From contig CAZSKK010000001.1 of NCBI GenBank assembly GCA_964607415.1, positions 405,974 through 469,973 on the forward strand: a DNA stretch of 64,000 bases. The letters run 5' to 3'. Every line of letters begins with the position of its first letter. The first letter of the stretch is position 1. A program made the translations under genes and the position numbers. Below, in pieces: positions 27,021 to 35,924 of this stretch. Below the pieces are notes generated by a model. It had not been told where the DNA came from, did not search any database, and worked only from the letters and a program-made list of their open reading frames with translations. This DNA is from an uncultured Candidatus Saccharibacteria bacterium (GTDB taxonomy: Bacteria > Patescibacteriota > Dojkabacteria > J137).

Positions 27021-27695
27021 TCAGAAAACCTCATCATTAAATTTATAGCCTTTACCCACAACAGTCAAAATGTATCTTGGTACCTTTGTATCATCTTCAA
27101 TCTTTTTTCGAATTCCTTTTATGTGGGCATCAATAGTTCTATCCAAAACATCCGGTGGAAGATACGAATCATATGCTCGGTCCAGAATTTCATCTCTGGT
27201 ATAAACCCTGCCTTTATTTTTTGCCAATGTGTAAAGAATATTAAATTGGGTAGTTGTGAGTAAAATTTTTTCTTCTTTTTTTATAACCACCATTTTTTCA
27301 GGATCAATCTTTAATCCACCAATTTGCAAAACTCCATCTTCAACACGTCTTGTTAAAGCTCTAACTCTTGCAACCAAAACAGAAGGGCTAAATGGTTTTT
27401 TAAGATAATCATCAGCACCCGTTTCCAAACCTATAATTTCATCTATTTCCTCAACCCTTGCAGTAACCATAATAATAGGAACCTGCGATGTTTTCCTGAT
27501 TTCTTTACATACTTCAAGTCCATTTTTCTTAGGTAGATTTATATCTAAAACTACTAAGTCAATTTTTTCTTTGTTAAAAATTGATAGAGCTTGCTCTCCA
27601 TCTAAAGCTTCGTGAACCACAAATCCTGCTTGCTTTAGATAAGCAGTTTCTACTTCACGAATTGTACTTTCGTCTTCAACGATTAAGATTTTCAT
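27021..27695 (-). CDS. OmpR-family response regulator
   Basis: receiver domain (DLVVLDINLPKKNG, conserved K in LKKPF) plus winged-helix C-terminal domain. Confidence 0.85.
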   Translation of the reverse strand: MKILIVEDESTIREVETAYLKQAGFVVHEALDGEQALSIFNKEKIDLVVLDINLPKKNGLEVCKEIRKTSQVPIIMVTARVEEIDEIIGLETGADDYLKKPFSPSVLVARVRALTRRVEDGVLQIGGLKIDPEKMVVIKKEEKILLTTTQFNILYTLAKNKGRVYTRDEILDRAYDSYLPPDVLDRTIDAHIKGIRKKIEDDTKVPRYILTVVGKGYKFNDEVF

Positions 27696-27725
27696 TTTTT
27701 ATTATTTAAATATTATATTTCATGC

Positions 27726-27787
27726 CTCATCCCGAGGAAATCGAGGCTGATAGCTGATAGCTGATAGCTGATAGCTGATAGCTGTAC
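27726..27787. repeat. partial MITE-like arm (CATCCCGAGGAAATCGAGG) fused to GCTGATA x5 heptamer array
   Basis: cctcatcccgaggaaatcgagg followed by gctgata gctgata gctgata gctgata gctgata gctgtac; lies immediately upstream of the response-regulator start. Confidence 0.7.
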
Positions 27788-27852
27788 AATTATAGCTTTA
27801 TCAACATACAAATAATACCTCGGGTTTTTGAAAATTGTGTGAAGTATAGATA

Positions 27853-28260
27853 TTAAACCTCGTATTCAGACTTACAACAAACAGCTAATGGATTATTATG
27901 CTTCTTGTCAGAACTATGACTATAAACATCTTCAGCGGTTCCTTCTACTGAATTATAAATCCATGCGATTGCCGTACCCGGTGAGATTTCATCCCTAAGT
28001 TCGTAAAAACTACGTAGATCTCGTAAAGGGTCAAAATATTCTGAATCCGCAAGAACTCTTGGAGGGCGATGATAAGTCATAAATCTGATTTCACTTCTCT
28101 CATAATCCCAAAATGGGAACATATGAAATACACATGGCCCTAATCCGACATTAAGATATGTATTTCTATTAACAGCTGCTATATCACCCATATCAACAAT
28201 AACTGGTTGATCTGTGATTTCAATATTTTCTACTTTTAAACAAAATTTCATAATAAACAA
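27853..28260 (-). CDS. hypothetical protein
   Basis: 135-aa ORF, no recognisable motif. Confidence 0.3.
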   Translation of the reverse strand: MFIMKFCLKVENIEITDQPVIVDMGDIAAVNRNTYLNVGLGPCVFHMFPFWDYERSEIRFMTYHRPPRVLADSEYFDPLRDLRSFYELRDEISPGTAIAWIYNSVEGTAEDVYSHSSDKKHNNPLAVCCKSEYEV

Positions 28261-28549
28261 AAAACCTCCTTGTTCTTTAGGAGGTTTGTAATTTAAATTA
28301 TTTTTTAAGAAATTAAGTATTATTTCAAACCTCCAAAGTTAAAAGCTCTTTATAATGAGCTTAATAATGAGATTTGAAACAATGTTTTGGTTTCTTAAAC
28401 TTGCTTTCATTAATTTTCGATATTTTATCAAATTTAAGCCTAATTGTCACTACTTTTAGGCAGCTAATATCTCGATTTAAATCAACTAGGTTTGGTGCTA
28501 AAATTGGAAGAATTATAAACTTCAATTCTAATTTCTTAAATCTTTATAT

Positions 28550-30091
28550 ATGCCATTATTAGTAAGGCGTGAAGGAAACGAAAATTTAAACGTAACATCA
28601 GGAGACGGCAATGGAAACTGGGCGTTACCAAATCCTTTGCATAAGAAGAAGAGTGAGAGTAAGAATAAACTAGATATTCCCCAAATCGAAAATATTTCTT
28701 ACTTTGTTGAAAAAATTAAAAATGGAGAATTAAAAGCATATGATCTTGTAAAAGAACATCTTGACAGAGCTTATGCAGTAAATCCTTACATAAATGCTTT
28801 TATTACAATTCTAGACGAAGCTTTAGACAAAGCTAAAACTATTGATGAGAAAATTGCAAATGGAGAAAATGTTGGGAATTTGGCTGGAATTCCATTTACG
28901 GTAAAAGATTTATATCTTATAGAAGGCACAAAAACTACCTTTGGTTCTAAGTATATGCAAGATTTTATTGCACCTTATACTGCAACCGTAGTTAAAAAAT
29001 GCATTGATGAAGGAGCAATTTTAATTGGTAAGTGTAATTGTGATCCATGGGGATTTGGAGGAAGTGGTGAAAATTCAGGATACGGTCCAACTAAAAATCC
29101 GCTGGATTTTTCCAGAGTTCCAGGTGGATCAAGTTCAGGATCCGCTGCATCACTTTTGAGTGGAGTCGGATTTTTTTCTTTAGGAACTGATACTGGTGGA
29201 TCTGTAAGACTTCCTGCAAGCTTTTGTGGATTATATTCACTTAAGCCAACATATGGAAGAAACTCACGATATGGAATTGGCGCAATGGCTTCAAGCTTTG
29301 ATACACCAGGATTTTTTGCAAGGCATATTGAAGATATTGAACTATTAGAAGGAATAATGGCTGGCAAAGACGAATACGATCCCTCAACCTATGAAGTCGA
29401 TGTAACTCAAATCTCCAACCTCAAAGCTGATACCTCAAACCTAAAAATTGGTTTGCCTAAGGAATTCTTTGAAGGCTTAAGCGATGATATCAAGTCTACA
29501 ATAAACCAAAAAATTGAAGTTTTAAAATCAAAGGGATTTGAAGTTAAAGAAGTGTCAATTCCTTCAATGAAATTTGGATTAGCTGTTTATTACATTTTGG
29601 TCCCATCAGAAATATCTTCCAACAGGGCACGATATGACGGTGTTAGATTTGGCCCAAAGGAAAGTAATAATTACGACCAAAACTTAATTGAAGGAAGAAG
29701 CAAATACTTTGAAGCAGAAGTAAAAAGAAGAATAATGATTGGAACATATTCATTAAGCGCTGGGTACGCAGATCAGTTTTACAAAAAAGCAAGTATGGTT
29801 AGAACGAAATTAAAACGAGAATTCGATAAAGCTTTTGAAGAAGTAGATGTTTTAATTTCTCCAATTGCTGCAGAAACTGCATTTAAACTTGGAGCTAAAT
29901 CTGACGATCCAGTTGCAATGTATTTAACAGATATATACACAGTAACTGCAAATATTGTGGGAATCCCATCATTAGCCGTTCCATCTGGAAAAAGCAAAAT
30001 TGACAATATGCCAATAGGCCTTCAGATTATGGGAAAAAAGTTTGATGAAGCAACACTCATCGATATAGCCAATGAGCTTAAAGATAAATAG
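28550..30091 (+). CDS. amidase-signature enzyme, GatA-like (Glu/Asp-tRNA amidotransferase subunit A family)
   Basis: amidase signature GGSSSGSAASL, catalytic GIPFTVKDLY; GatA-like core begins about residue 45 (ISYFVEKIKNGELKAYDLVKEHL), so the true start may be a non-ATG codon downstream of 28550. Confidence 0.8.
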   Translation: MPLLVRREGNENLNVTSGDGNGNWALPNPLHKKKSESKNKLDIPQIENISYFVEKIKNGELKAYDLVKEHLDRAYAVNPYINAFITILDEALDKAKTIDEKIANGENVGNLAGIPFTVKDLYLIEGTKTTFGSKYMQDFIAPYTATVVKKCIDEGAILIGKCNCDPWGFGGSGENSGYGPTKNPLDFSRVPGGSSSGSAASLLSGVGFFSLGTDTGGSVRLPASFCGLYSLKPTYGRNSRYGIGAMASSFDTPGFFARHIEDIELLEGIMAGKDEYDPSTYEVDVTQISNLKADTSNLKIGLPKEFFEGLSDDIKSTINQKIEVLKSKGFEVKEVSIPSMKFGLAVYYILVPSEISSNRARYDGVRFGPKESNNYDQNLIEGRSKYFEAEVKRRIMIGTYSLSAGYADQFYKKASMVRTKLKREFDKAFEEVDVLISPIAAETAFKLGAKSDDPVAMYLTDIYTVTANIVGIPSLAVPSGKSKIDNMPIGLQIMGKKFDEATLIDIANELKDK

Positions 30092-30243
30092 CATTACAAG
30101 CAAGTGGGACTGTAGTTAATTGTCAATTTACAATTGTAAAAAATTTTCAAGCCTGCGTTTACCTAGTTGAAAATTGTAAATTCCTTAAATTGATAATTAT
30201 GAACTATGCTTAATGATACTAACTGGCTTCTGGCCTCTAGCTT

Positions 30244-30516
30244 CTATTTGTACTGAGAAAGATTTTCAACAGCACTAACAACATCCTGAATAAATTTAGG
30301 ATCTGTTAAGCCATCAATGATTTTATTTATGCTATTTTCAAGCTTTTTGAAGTTTGAATCGTATTCCTCTTTTGTAAGAACTTCTTTTAGAGCAAGTAGA
30401 TTATCAAAAATTACTTCTATTAAACTGATTTTTCCTACAAGATCAGACTCATTCTGCGCTTGAATTACTAATGTCTTGGTTGTAATTATAAGTTGTTGCT
30501 TAATTTTGTTTTCCAT
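30244..30516 (-). CDS. small all-helical hypothetical protein (90 aa)
   Basis: ORF only; 4 nt downstream of 30520-30777. Confidence 0.35.
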   Translation of the reverse strand: MENKIKQQLIITTKTLVIQAQNESDLVGKISLIEVIFDNLLALKEVLTKEEYDSNFKKLENSINKIIDGLTDPKFIQDVVSAVENLSQYK

Positions 30517-30519
30517 ATT

Positions 30520-30777
30520 TTAACCTTCTAATCCTCCTAAAACTTGTTGAGCAAACTGTTCTAATTGAACTAATTGTTCGTTTTCAGCAAACTTTTCACC
30601 CATTGCTTGTTTAAAAACAGTTAAAATCTCCATTACTCTTTTAGCTGCCTTTAACTTCTCCTGCGGACTTCCTTTTTGCATCTTTTCAACCAAAGGACCA
30701 AGCTCTTTTTGCATAGCCTCAAATTCTTCTTGCGACTTTGGACCTTGTTCTGCTTGTGAGGGTGCTTTCTCTGCCAT
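30520..30777 (-). CDS. small all-helical hypothetical protein (85 aa, Gln/Glu/Lys-rich)
   Basis: ORF only; no SD near start. Confidence 0.35.
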   Translation of the reverse strand: MAEKAPSQAEQGPKSQEEFEAMQKELGPLVEKMQKGSPQEKLKAAKRVMEILTVFKQAMGEKFAENEQLVQLEQFAQQVLGGLEG

Positions 30778-30847
30778 ATATAAACAAGTATTTATACTAT
30801 TTAATTCTCCTTAAGGAGAAGTCGATTTTGCCTTTGTGCAAAATCAG

Positions 30848-31012
30848 ATGAGGTTAAATAAAAAGACCATTTATATTCTCAACAGCATAATATGCTGTTC
30901 GGGTCAATCCTGAACTTTGTTTCAGGATTGGGTGAGGTTATTTAATTTTACGTTTTTTAATTAGCTCCACTCAACAGCACAATGTGCTGTTTCGGGATGA
31001 GGTAAATAAAAA
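30848..31012. repeat. tandemly duplicated structured region: 2x [GATGAGGT(T)AAATAAAAA + CAACAGCAYAATRTGCTGTTYCGGG] plus ATCCTGAACTTTGTTTCAGGAT hairpin and GGGTGAGGTT
   Basis: read directly; located between cysS stop and the small ORFs; shares motifs with 8843-8918 and 34734-34855. Confidence 0.5.
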
Positions 31013-31028
31013 TCCGATTACCGTATCA

Positions 31029-32429
31029 TTATACTATCTTTTCATCTTTAACATCTATACCAAATTTTTGTTTGATAAGGTCTCTAAGTTCGTCTGATTT
31101 TTTCCAGTCTTTTTGAAGCCTCGCTTCAATTCTCTCATTAATTAGCCTTTTAGCTTCCTCAGGAATTTGATCTTCTTGATTTACTTTTTCCAATAAATTT
31201 AATCCCAAAACTTTATCAAAATCAATAATAGTATCAAATTTGACTGGATTTGGAATCTCAGATTTTAAAACTTCCCAAACCACAGCAAGTGCCTTAGGTA
31301 AATTAAAATCTTCTTCCAATGCCTCAATAAATAGTTTTCTATAATTACCGTTGATTTCGGTCGGATCAGAATCTTCAGATTTAATTTGCTTTAATGAATT
31401 TACTAATCTATTTAGTGAAGTTTGTGCTGAATCTAAAGCCTCAAATGTAAAGTTCTGTTTTGATCTATAGTGTGATTGTAAAAAGAAGTATCTTAAAGCT
31501 ATTGGGTCATAACCTTTGTCAATAATATTTGAAAGATTATAAACGTTCCCCAGCGATTTACTCATTTTTGTTCCATCCACATCCAAATGTTCATTATGAA
31601 TCCAATAGTGAACATAGTCTACGCCATTTGCAGATTCACTTTGAGCAATTTCATTAGTATGATGAACGGGAATATGCTCTACCCCACCCATGTGAATATC
31701 TATTGTTTCACCAAGATTTGCTTTAGCCATTGCAGAACATTCAATGTGCCATCCAGGGAAACCATAGCCATTTTCTACTTCAGGTGAAGAAAAAGGAGAT
31801 TTCCAATATTGCAAAGCATTTTTATGTGCTCCCGTTCTAAAAAACCAAAGTGCAAAATCTGCTGGATTTTTTTTGTTCTGATCCGTAACATCCCCATGAC
31901 CTTCGCCTAGTTTATTCATTTCGAGTTTTTGACCACTTAATTTTGTATATTCTGGAAACTTACTTATATCAAAAAATATTGCTGTTGGAGTTAAATAGGC
32001 AAAACCTTTATCAACCAAATCCTGAACCATTTTAATCATATCTTGTAGATAATCTGTTGCTCTGGCAGTTACTGTTGGAGGAAGATTATTTAAACTTGAA
32101 ACATCAACTTCGAATTCTTTTATATATTTATCAGCAATTTCTTTGGGTGTTAAACCCTCACGTTTTGCACCTTTTTCCATTTTGTCCTCACCTGTATCAC
32201 CATCTGAAGTTAGATGACCAAAATCAGTATAATTCCTAACATACTTAACATCATAGCCAGTATATGCTAATGCCCTGCGAATATAATCAGCAGCAGTCAT
32301 TGCACGCATGTTACCGATATGTTGGGTCCAGTAGACTGTTGGACCGCAGTGATAAAATCGAACTTTCCCCTCTTCGATTGGTTTAAATACTTCAAGTTTT
32401 CGCCCTAGTGTATTGAAAATTTTTAACAT
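31029..32429 (-). CDS. cysS: cysteine--tRNA ligase
   Basis: HIGH motif (HIGN in YHCGPTVYWTQHIGNMRA), KMSKS motif KMSKSLGN, Zn-binding Cys/His positions, 466 aa. Confidence 0.92.
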   Translation of the reverse strand: MLKIFNTLGRKLEVFKPIEEGKVRFYHCGPTVYWTQHIGNMRAMTAADYIRRALAYTGYDVKYVRNYTDFGHLTSDGDTGEDKMEKGAKREGLTPKEIADKYIKEFEVDVSSLNNLPPTVTARATDYLQDMIKMVQDLVDKGFAYLTPTAIFFDISKFPEYTKLSGQKLEMNKLGEGHGDVTDQNKKNPADFALWFFRTGAHKNALQYWKSPFSSPEVENGYGFPGWHIECSAMAKANLGETIDIHMGGVEHIPVHHTNEIAQSESANGVDYVHYWIHNEHLDVDGTKMSKSLGNVYNLSNIIDKGYDPIALRYFFLQSHYRSKQNFTFEALDSAQTSLNRLVNSLKQIKSEDSDPTEINGNYRKLFIEALEEDFNLPKALAVVWEVLKSEIPNPVKFDTIIDFDKVLGLNLLEKVNQEDQIPEEAKRLINERIEARLQKDWKKSDELRDLIKQKFGIDVKDEKIV

Positions 32430-32725
32430 AAATAAACGATAAATATTTTTGATTATACCAAAATTTCTGAGCTAGTTTATTTATATCATTGAACAATAAC
32501 AAAGATCAAAGCGATGAAAATAATATTCAAAATTAAATGACAAATTTTGAGTTTTAGCTTTTAAGATTATTTTGAGCTTTGAGACTTTGATACTAGCTAA
32601 TCAATTTTATAAACAATTCAAGGTTCATGGCTATAAGCTGTTTGCTAAAAGCTAACCGCTACTTTCATATAAATTTCACAAGCTTACTATAGTATGAAGT
32701 TATCTTAATTTTTAAGATTTAAATA

Positions 32726-33313
32726 ATGAAAAAAAGAAAAGAAAAAATCAAGAAAAATAGAAGTAAAAAATTTATAGCAACTGCTGCTGTTGCGGTAACT
32801 GCAACAGGTTTAAGTTTAGTTAATGTTGCGCCAGTATTTGCAGATTCCAGGCCAAACGTAATAGACCGAACTGCACAAATTCTAGGGATTCCGTCTGAGG
32901 ATTTATTAAATGCATTAAAGCTAGCACAGGTAGAAAATATTGAGTACAAAATCATTACTGGTGAAATTGATGCCGAAACCGGTGTAAAACTTATTCATGC
33001 GATAGATGATTATTCAAACTCAAGTTTTACACTAACAACAGAAGAAAAAAATGCTTTAGGTGAAAACAAAAATGAAATTTTGGCCTTTTTAAATTTAACG
33101 AATACAGATTTTGAAAAATTTATGCAAAATGGTTATTCTCTTGTCGAGATTGCCGAAATGAAGGGCATCGAAAGGTACGAATTAAAAGATAAAGTTAAGG
33201 CTATTCAAATTGAATCGATAGAAAAAAATGAGCAACTAAATGGATATGAAAAAGAAGAATTGATTAGAAAGCTTGATTTTATAGCTGAAAGTATTATTGA
33301 ATATAGGCTCTAA
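32726..33313 (+). CDS. secreted hypothetical protein
   Basis: Lys-rich N-terminus then signal-peptide-like ATAAVAVTATGLSLVNVAPVFA. Confidence 0.4.
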   Translation: MKKRKEKIKKNRSKKFIATAAVAVTATGLSLVNVAPVFADSRPNVIDRTAQILGIPSEDLLNALKLAQVENIEYKIITGEIDAETGVKLIHAIDDYSNSSFTLTTEEKNALGENKNEILAFLNLTNTDFEKFMQNGYSLVEIAEMKGIERYELKDKVKAIQIESIEKNEQLNGYEKEELIRKLDFIAESIIEYRL

Positions 33314-33324
33314 TGATAACTATC

Positions 33325-33356
33325 AATAAGCCGCGACATTAATGTCGCGGCTTATT
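33325..33356. terminator. bidirectional hairpin terminator between convergent genes
   Basis: perfect 15-bp stem aataagccgcgacat/atgtcgcggcttatt with 2-nt loop. Confidence 0.7.
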
Positions 33357-33371
33357 CATCTACTTTCTTTA

Positions 33372-33677
33372 TTAATAATCGTAGTCGAAGTCAAAATCTT
33401 CAAAAGCTTCATCTATTTGGTCTTTAACATAATCCTCACACCAACCAAAAGGTTCATCTTCTAAAGAATTATTCTCCAAATAACTTTCACAATAGCCTTC
33501 CCTGAAACTATCTGTCGTTGTTAATAATAAAGTTGCAACACAGCAAACTGCACAGCAAACCAAAACACCAACAACAATCCCTCCTACTCCAAAGAAGAAT
33601 GCTTTTAATCCTGACTTTTTAGGAGCTTCAGTACTTGCTGCAGGTTTAACTTCTGCTTCTTTTTTTTCCTCTGCCAT
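33372..33677 (-). CDS. small single-TM protein with CCxxCC motif and acidic DxDY-repeat C-terminus
   Basis: TM GGIVVGVLVCCAVCCVATLLL; C-terminal FEDFDFDYDY. Confidence 0.4.
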   Translation of the reverse strand: MAEEKKEAEVKPAASTEAPKKSGLKAFFFGVGGIVVGVLVCCAVCCVATLLLTTTDSFREGYCESYLENNSLEDEPFGWCEDYVKDQIDEAFEDFDFDYDY

Positions 33678-33837
33678 TTAAAAAAAATAAAAAGTAAAAT
33701 GTGAAAATGTAAAAAGTAAAGTTTACATTTCTATTTTATATCAGTTAAATTGAAGCATTTCAATCGATCAGTGAAGATTTTCTAAAAAAGATATATAATT
33801 TAGTACCAGCTTTTATTTATTATTAGATATTTTCCCT

Positions 33838-34668
33838 ATGAGAAAGACAATAAGAAATGCAACAATTAGTATCCTATTTCTTTTACTGATAGGATTTGTT
33901 GTAATTATTCCAAGTTTTATTGTTGTTGTAGACGCGGGTGAAGTAGGTGTTGTTAAAACATTCGGAAATGTTTCTGACAATACAATGTACCCCGGAATTC
34001 ATTTAAAATCACCTTTCTCAACTGTTGTAAAAATGTCCAGCAGAACTGAAGAATATACAATGTCTATAGCACCCAACGAAGGGATCAGAATTGGAGATGA
34101 CTCTATCGAAGCTAGAGCCTCAGATGGGGCTTTAGTATGGCTAGATGTAACAGTTTTTTACCATCTTAACTCAGAAAAAGCACCAGAGATTTATAAAGAA
34201 TTGGGAGAGGACTATGTAGAAAAAGTTGTTAGACCAGAAATAAGAAGCAAAATCCGAGAAGTAGTTGCAGGCTTTCCTGTAATAGAAATTTATTCTACAA
34301 AAAGAAATGATGTTGTTACTAAAATTGAAGACGGTTTGAAAGTTAGCTTAAGTAGTAGAGGAATTGAAGCTGAGAATGTTTTGCTAAGAAATGTAAGCCT
34401 TACAGATACTCTAAGCAATAGTATTGAAGAAAAACTAGCGGCCCAACAGGAAGCAGAGAAATTTAACTTTATATTAGAACAAGAAAAGAAAGAAGCTGAA
34501 AGAAAAAGAATTGAAGCTGAAGGGCAGAGAGACAGCCAGACAATTATAAATCAAGGTTTGACTACAAATTATCTTTATTATTTATACATTCAAGCTCTTA
34601 AAGAACACCAAGGAACCATTTATGTTCCAACAGAAGGCGGACTGCCTTTGTTTAAAAATGTTGAGTAA
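33838..34668 (+). CDS. SPFH/band-7 domain protein (prohibitin/stomatin/HflC-like)
   Basis: N-terminal TM followed by SPFH core and coiled-coil Glu/Lys-rich C-terminus. Confidence 0.75.
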   Translation: MRKTIRNATISILFLLLIGFVVIIPSFIVVVDAGEVGVVKTFGNVSDNTMYPGIHLKSPFSTVVKMSSRTEEYTMSIAPNEGIRIGDDSIEARASDGALVWLDVTVFYHLNSEKAPEIYKELGEDYVEKVVRPEIRSKIREVVAGFPVIEIYSTKRNDVVTKIEDGLKVSLSSRGIEAENVLLRNVSLTDTLSNSIEEKLAAQQEAEKFNFILEQEKKEAERKRIEAEGQRDSQTIINQGLTTNYLYYLYIQALKEHQGTIYVPTEGGLPLFKNVE

Positions 34669-34733
34669 AAAGTGGTGCAAAGGTTGCCATGAACACCTCT
34701 CTTTCAAGGAGAGGTAGTATTGATTTAATCAAT

Positions 34734-34940
34734 CCGGGTGAGGTTTGGAAGAAAACGATTATTTACTATCCCTCTCCTTAGTCCTGAGACAACATATTAT
34801 GCTGTCGAATGGAGCTAGTTAGCTACACTCAAATGCACAATGTGCATTTCCGGGGAGAGGAAATCTATTCACTTAAACTGTTGCTACTTTGCCGGGCAAG
34901 GACTCCCTTCGGTAAACTCAGGGCAGGCTTCTCGTCCCTG
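34734..34940. repeat. structured intergenic region with GGGTGAGGTT, TCCTGAGAC + AACATATTATGCTGT, CAAATGCACAATGTGCATTTCCGGGG and GC-rich CAGGGCAGGCTTCTCGTCCCTG hairpin
   Basis: read directly; between band-7 gene and tRNA-Gln; the predicted ORF 34809-34991 inside it is probably spurious. Confidence 0.45.
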
Positions 34941-34993
34941 ATTGTTACTAACTTTGTAAGATTCTGGATTAATGAAGTTTTAAGTTTTTAATT

Positions 34994-35064
34994 TTGCCGG
35001 ACAGGGACTCGAACCCCGATTAAAGACTCCAAAGGTCTACGTCCTACCATTAGACGATCCGGCA
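34994..35064 (-). tRNA. tRNA-Gln (anticodon TTG), CCA not encoded
   Basis: minus-strand read: acceptor UGCCGGA/UCCGGCA (U1-A72 typical of tRNA-Gln), D-arm GTCT/GGAC, anticodon loop CTTTGGA (TTG), T-arm CGGGG-TTCGAGT-CCCTG. Confidence 0.7.
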
Positions 35065-35201
35065 ATTTCTGCTATCCTGAATTAATTTCAGTTCCTAGCC
35101 AACTTAGCAACGAATTACTTATACCCTAGTAATCTCACTTATTTAGCACAGAAATTATAGCCGAAAGACCAATAATTAGGAAGTAGTTACTAATAATAAA
35201 C

Positions 35202-35801
35202 TTAAATTTTATATGGATTTACACACTCGATAATAAGTCTAAGTTTAAATTCTAAGTAATTCAATCGCAATTCCTCAGTCTTTAAGTCTGAACTATTTTC
35301 TTCTGATAGCTCTAATGATGAATTTTCTAAATCATCTTTAATTGCTGTCAGTCTAGAACTTATACTGTCATAAAGCGCTATAGTTTGATTAAGGAATTTG
35401 TCTTTATAAAGAATCCGTATTTCTTCCGAAAGCCTATCTTTCAAATTGGCTCTATTGCTTTCTTCCAGCAATTCATACCTAACCACAAGCTTGCCAGAGA
35501 TTCTATAGCAAAGCCCATCTAGTATACCTTGATTAAGGTCATAGTATTGTTCAGCCAATCTTGATAACACAGCAATAACAACTTCATCTGAAGAGTTTTT
35601 AATGTTAAACGCAATAATATCCTCAATCTGTGGAGAAACTATTCTATCAGAGCCAAAAATATTTTTTCCGTCATCAACAACATAATCTTCCTTTCTTTCT
35701 GTAAAAACTTCCTTAACTAATTGCCACACTTCATAGCTATTTTTTGTTAAATCAAAGTCATCTCCGGAACTATCTGGTACATTATTGAAAGTGTCAGCCA
35801 T
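35202..35801 (-). CDS. hypothetical protein
   Basis: ORF only. Confidence 0.35.
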   Translation of the reverse strand: MADTFNNVPDSSGDDFDLTKNSYEVWQLVKEVFTERKEDYVVDDGKNIFGSDRIVSPQIEDIIAFNIKNSSDEVVIAVLSRLAEQYYDLNQGILDGLCYRISGKLVVRYELLEESNRANLKDRLSEEIRILYKDKFLNQTIALYDSISSRLTAIKDDLENSSLELSEENSSDLKTEELRLNYLEFKLRLIIECVNPYKI

Positions 35802-35924
35802 TTTCGCTACTCAAGCATAATTACAAAATTATAACATGATGGTTTTTATTGAATAAATTTCTTAAATCATCTATACTAAAAATGAATTCCTGTCGAAATC
35901 TTATTTATTAATTAAATAAAAATT

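Noticed and set aside
34840-34945. Possible RNase P RNA (GGAGAGGAAATC, GCCGGGCAAGG segments)
   Set aside because: Order and sequence of the universally conserved P4 strands (AGGAAAGUCCGGGC ... ACAGAACCCGGCUUA) are not reproduced on either strand
34809-34991. 60-aa ORF in the structured region next to tRNA-Gln
   Set aside because: Lies entirely in repeat/palindrome-rich non-coding DNA; no SD; likely spurious
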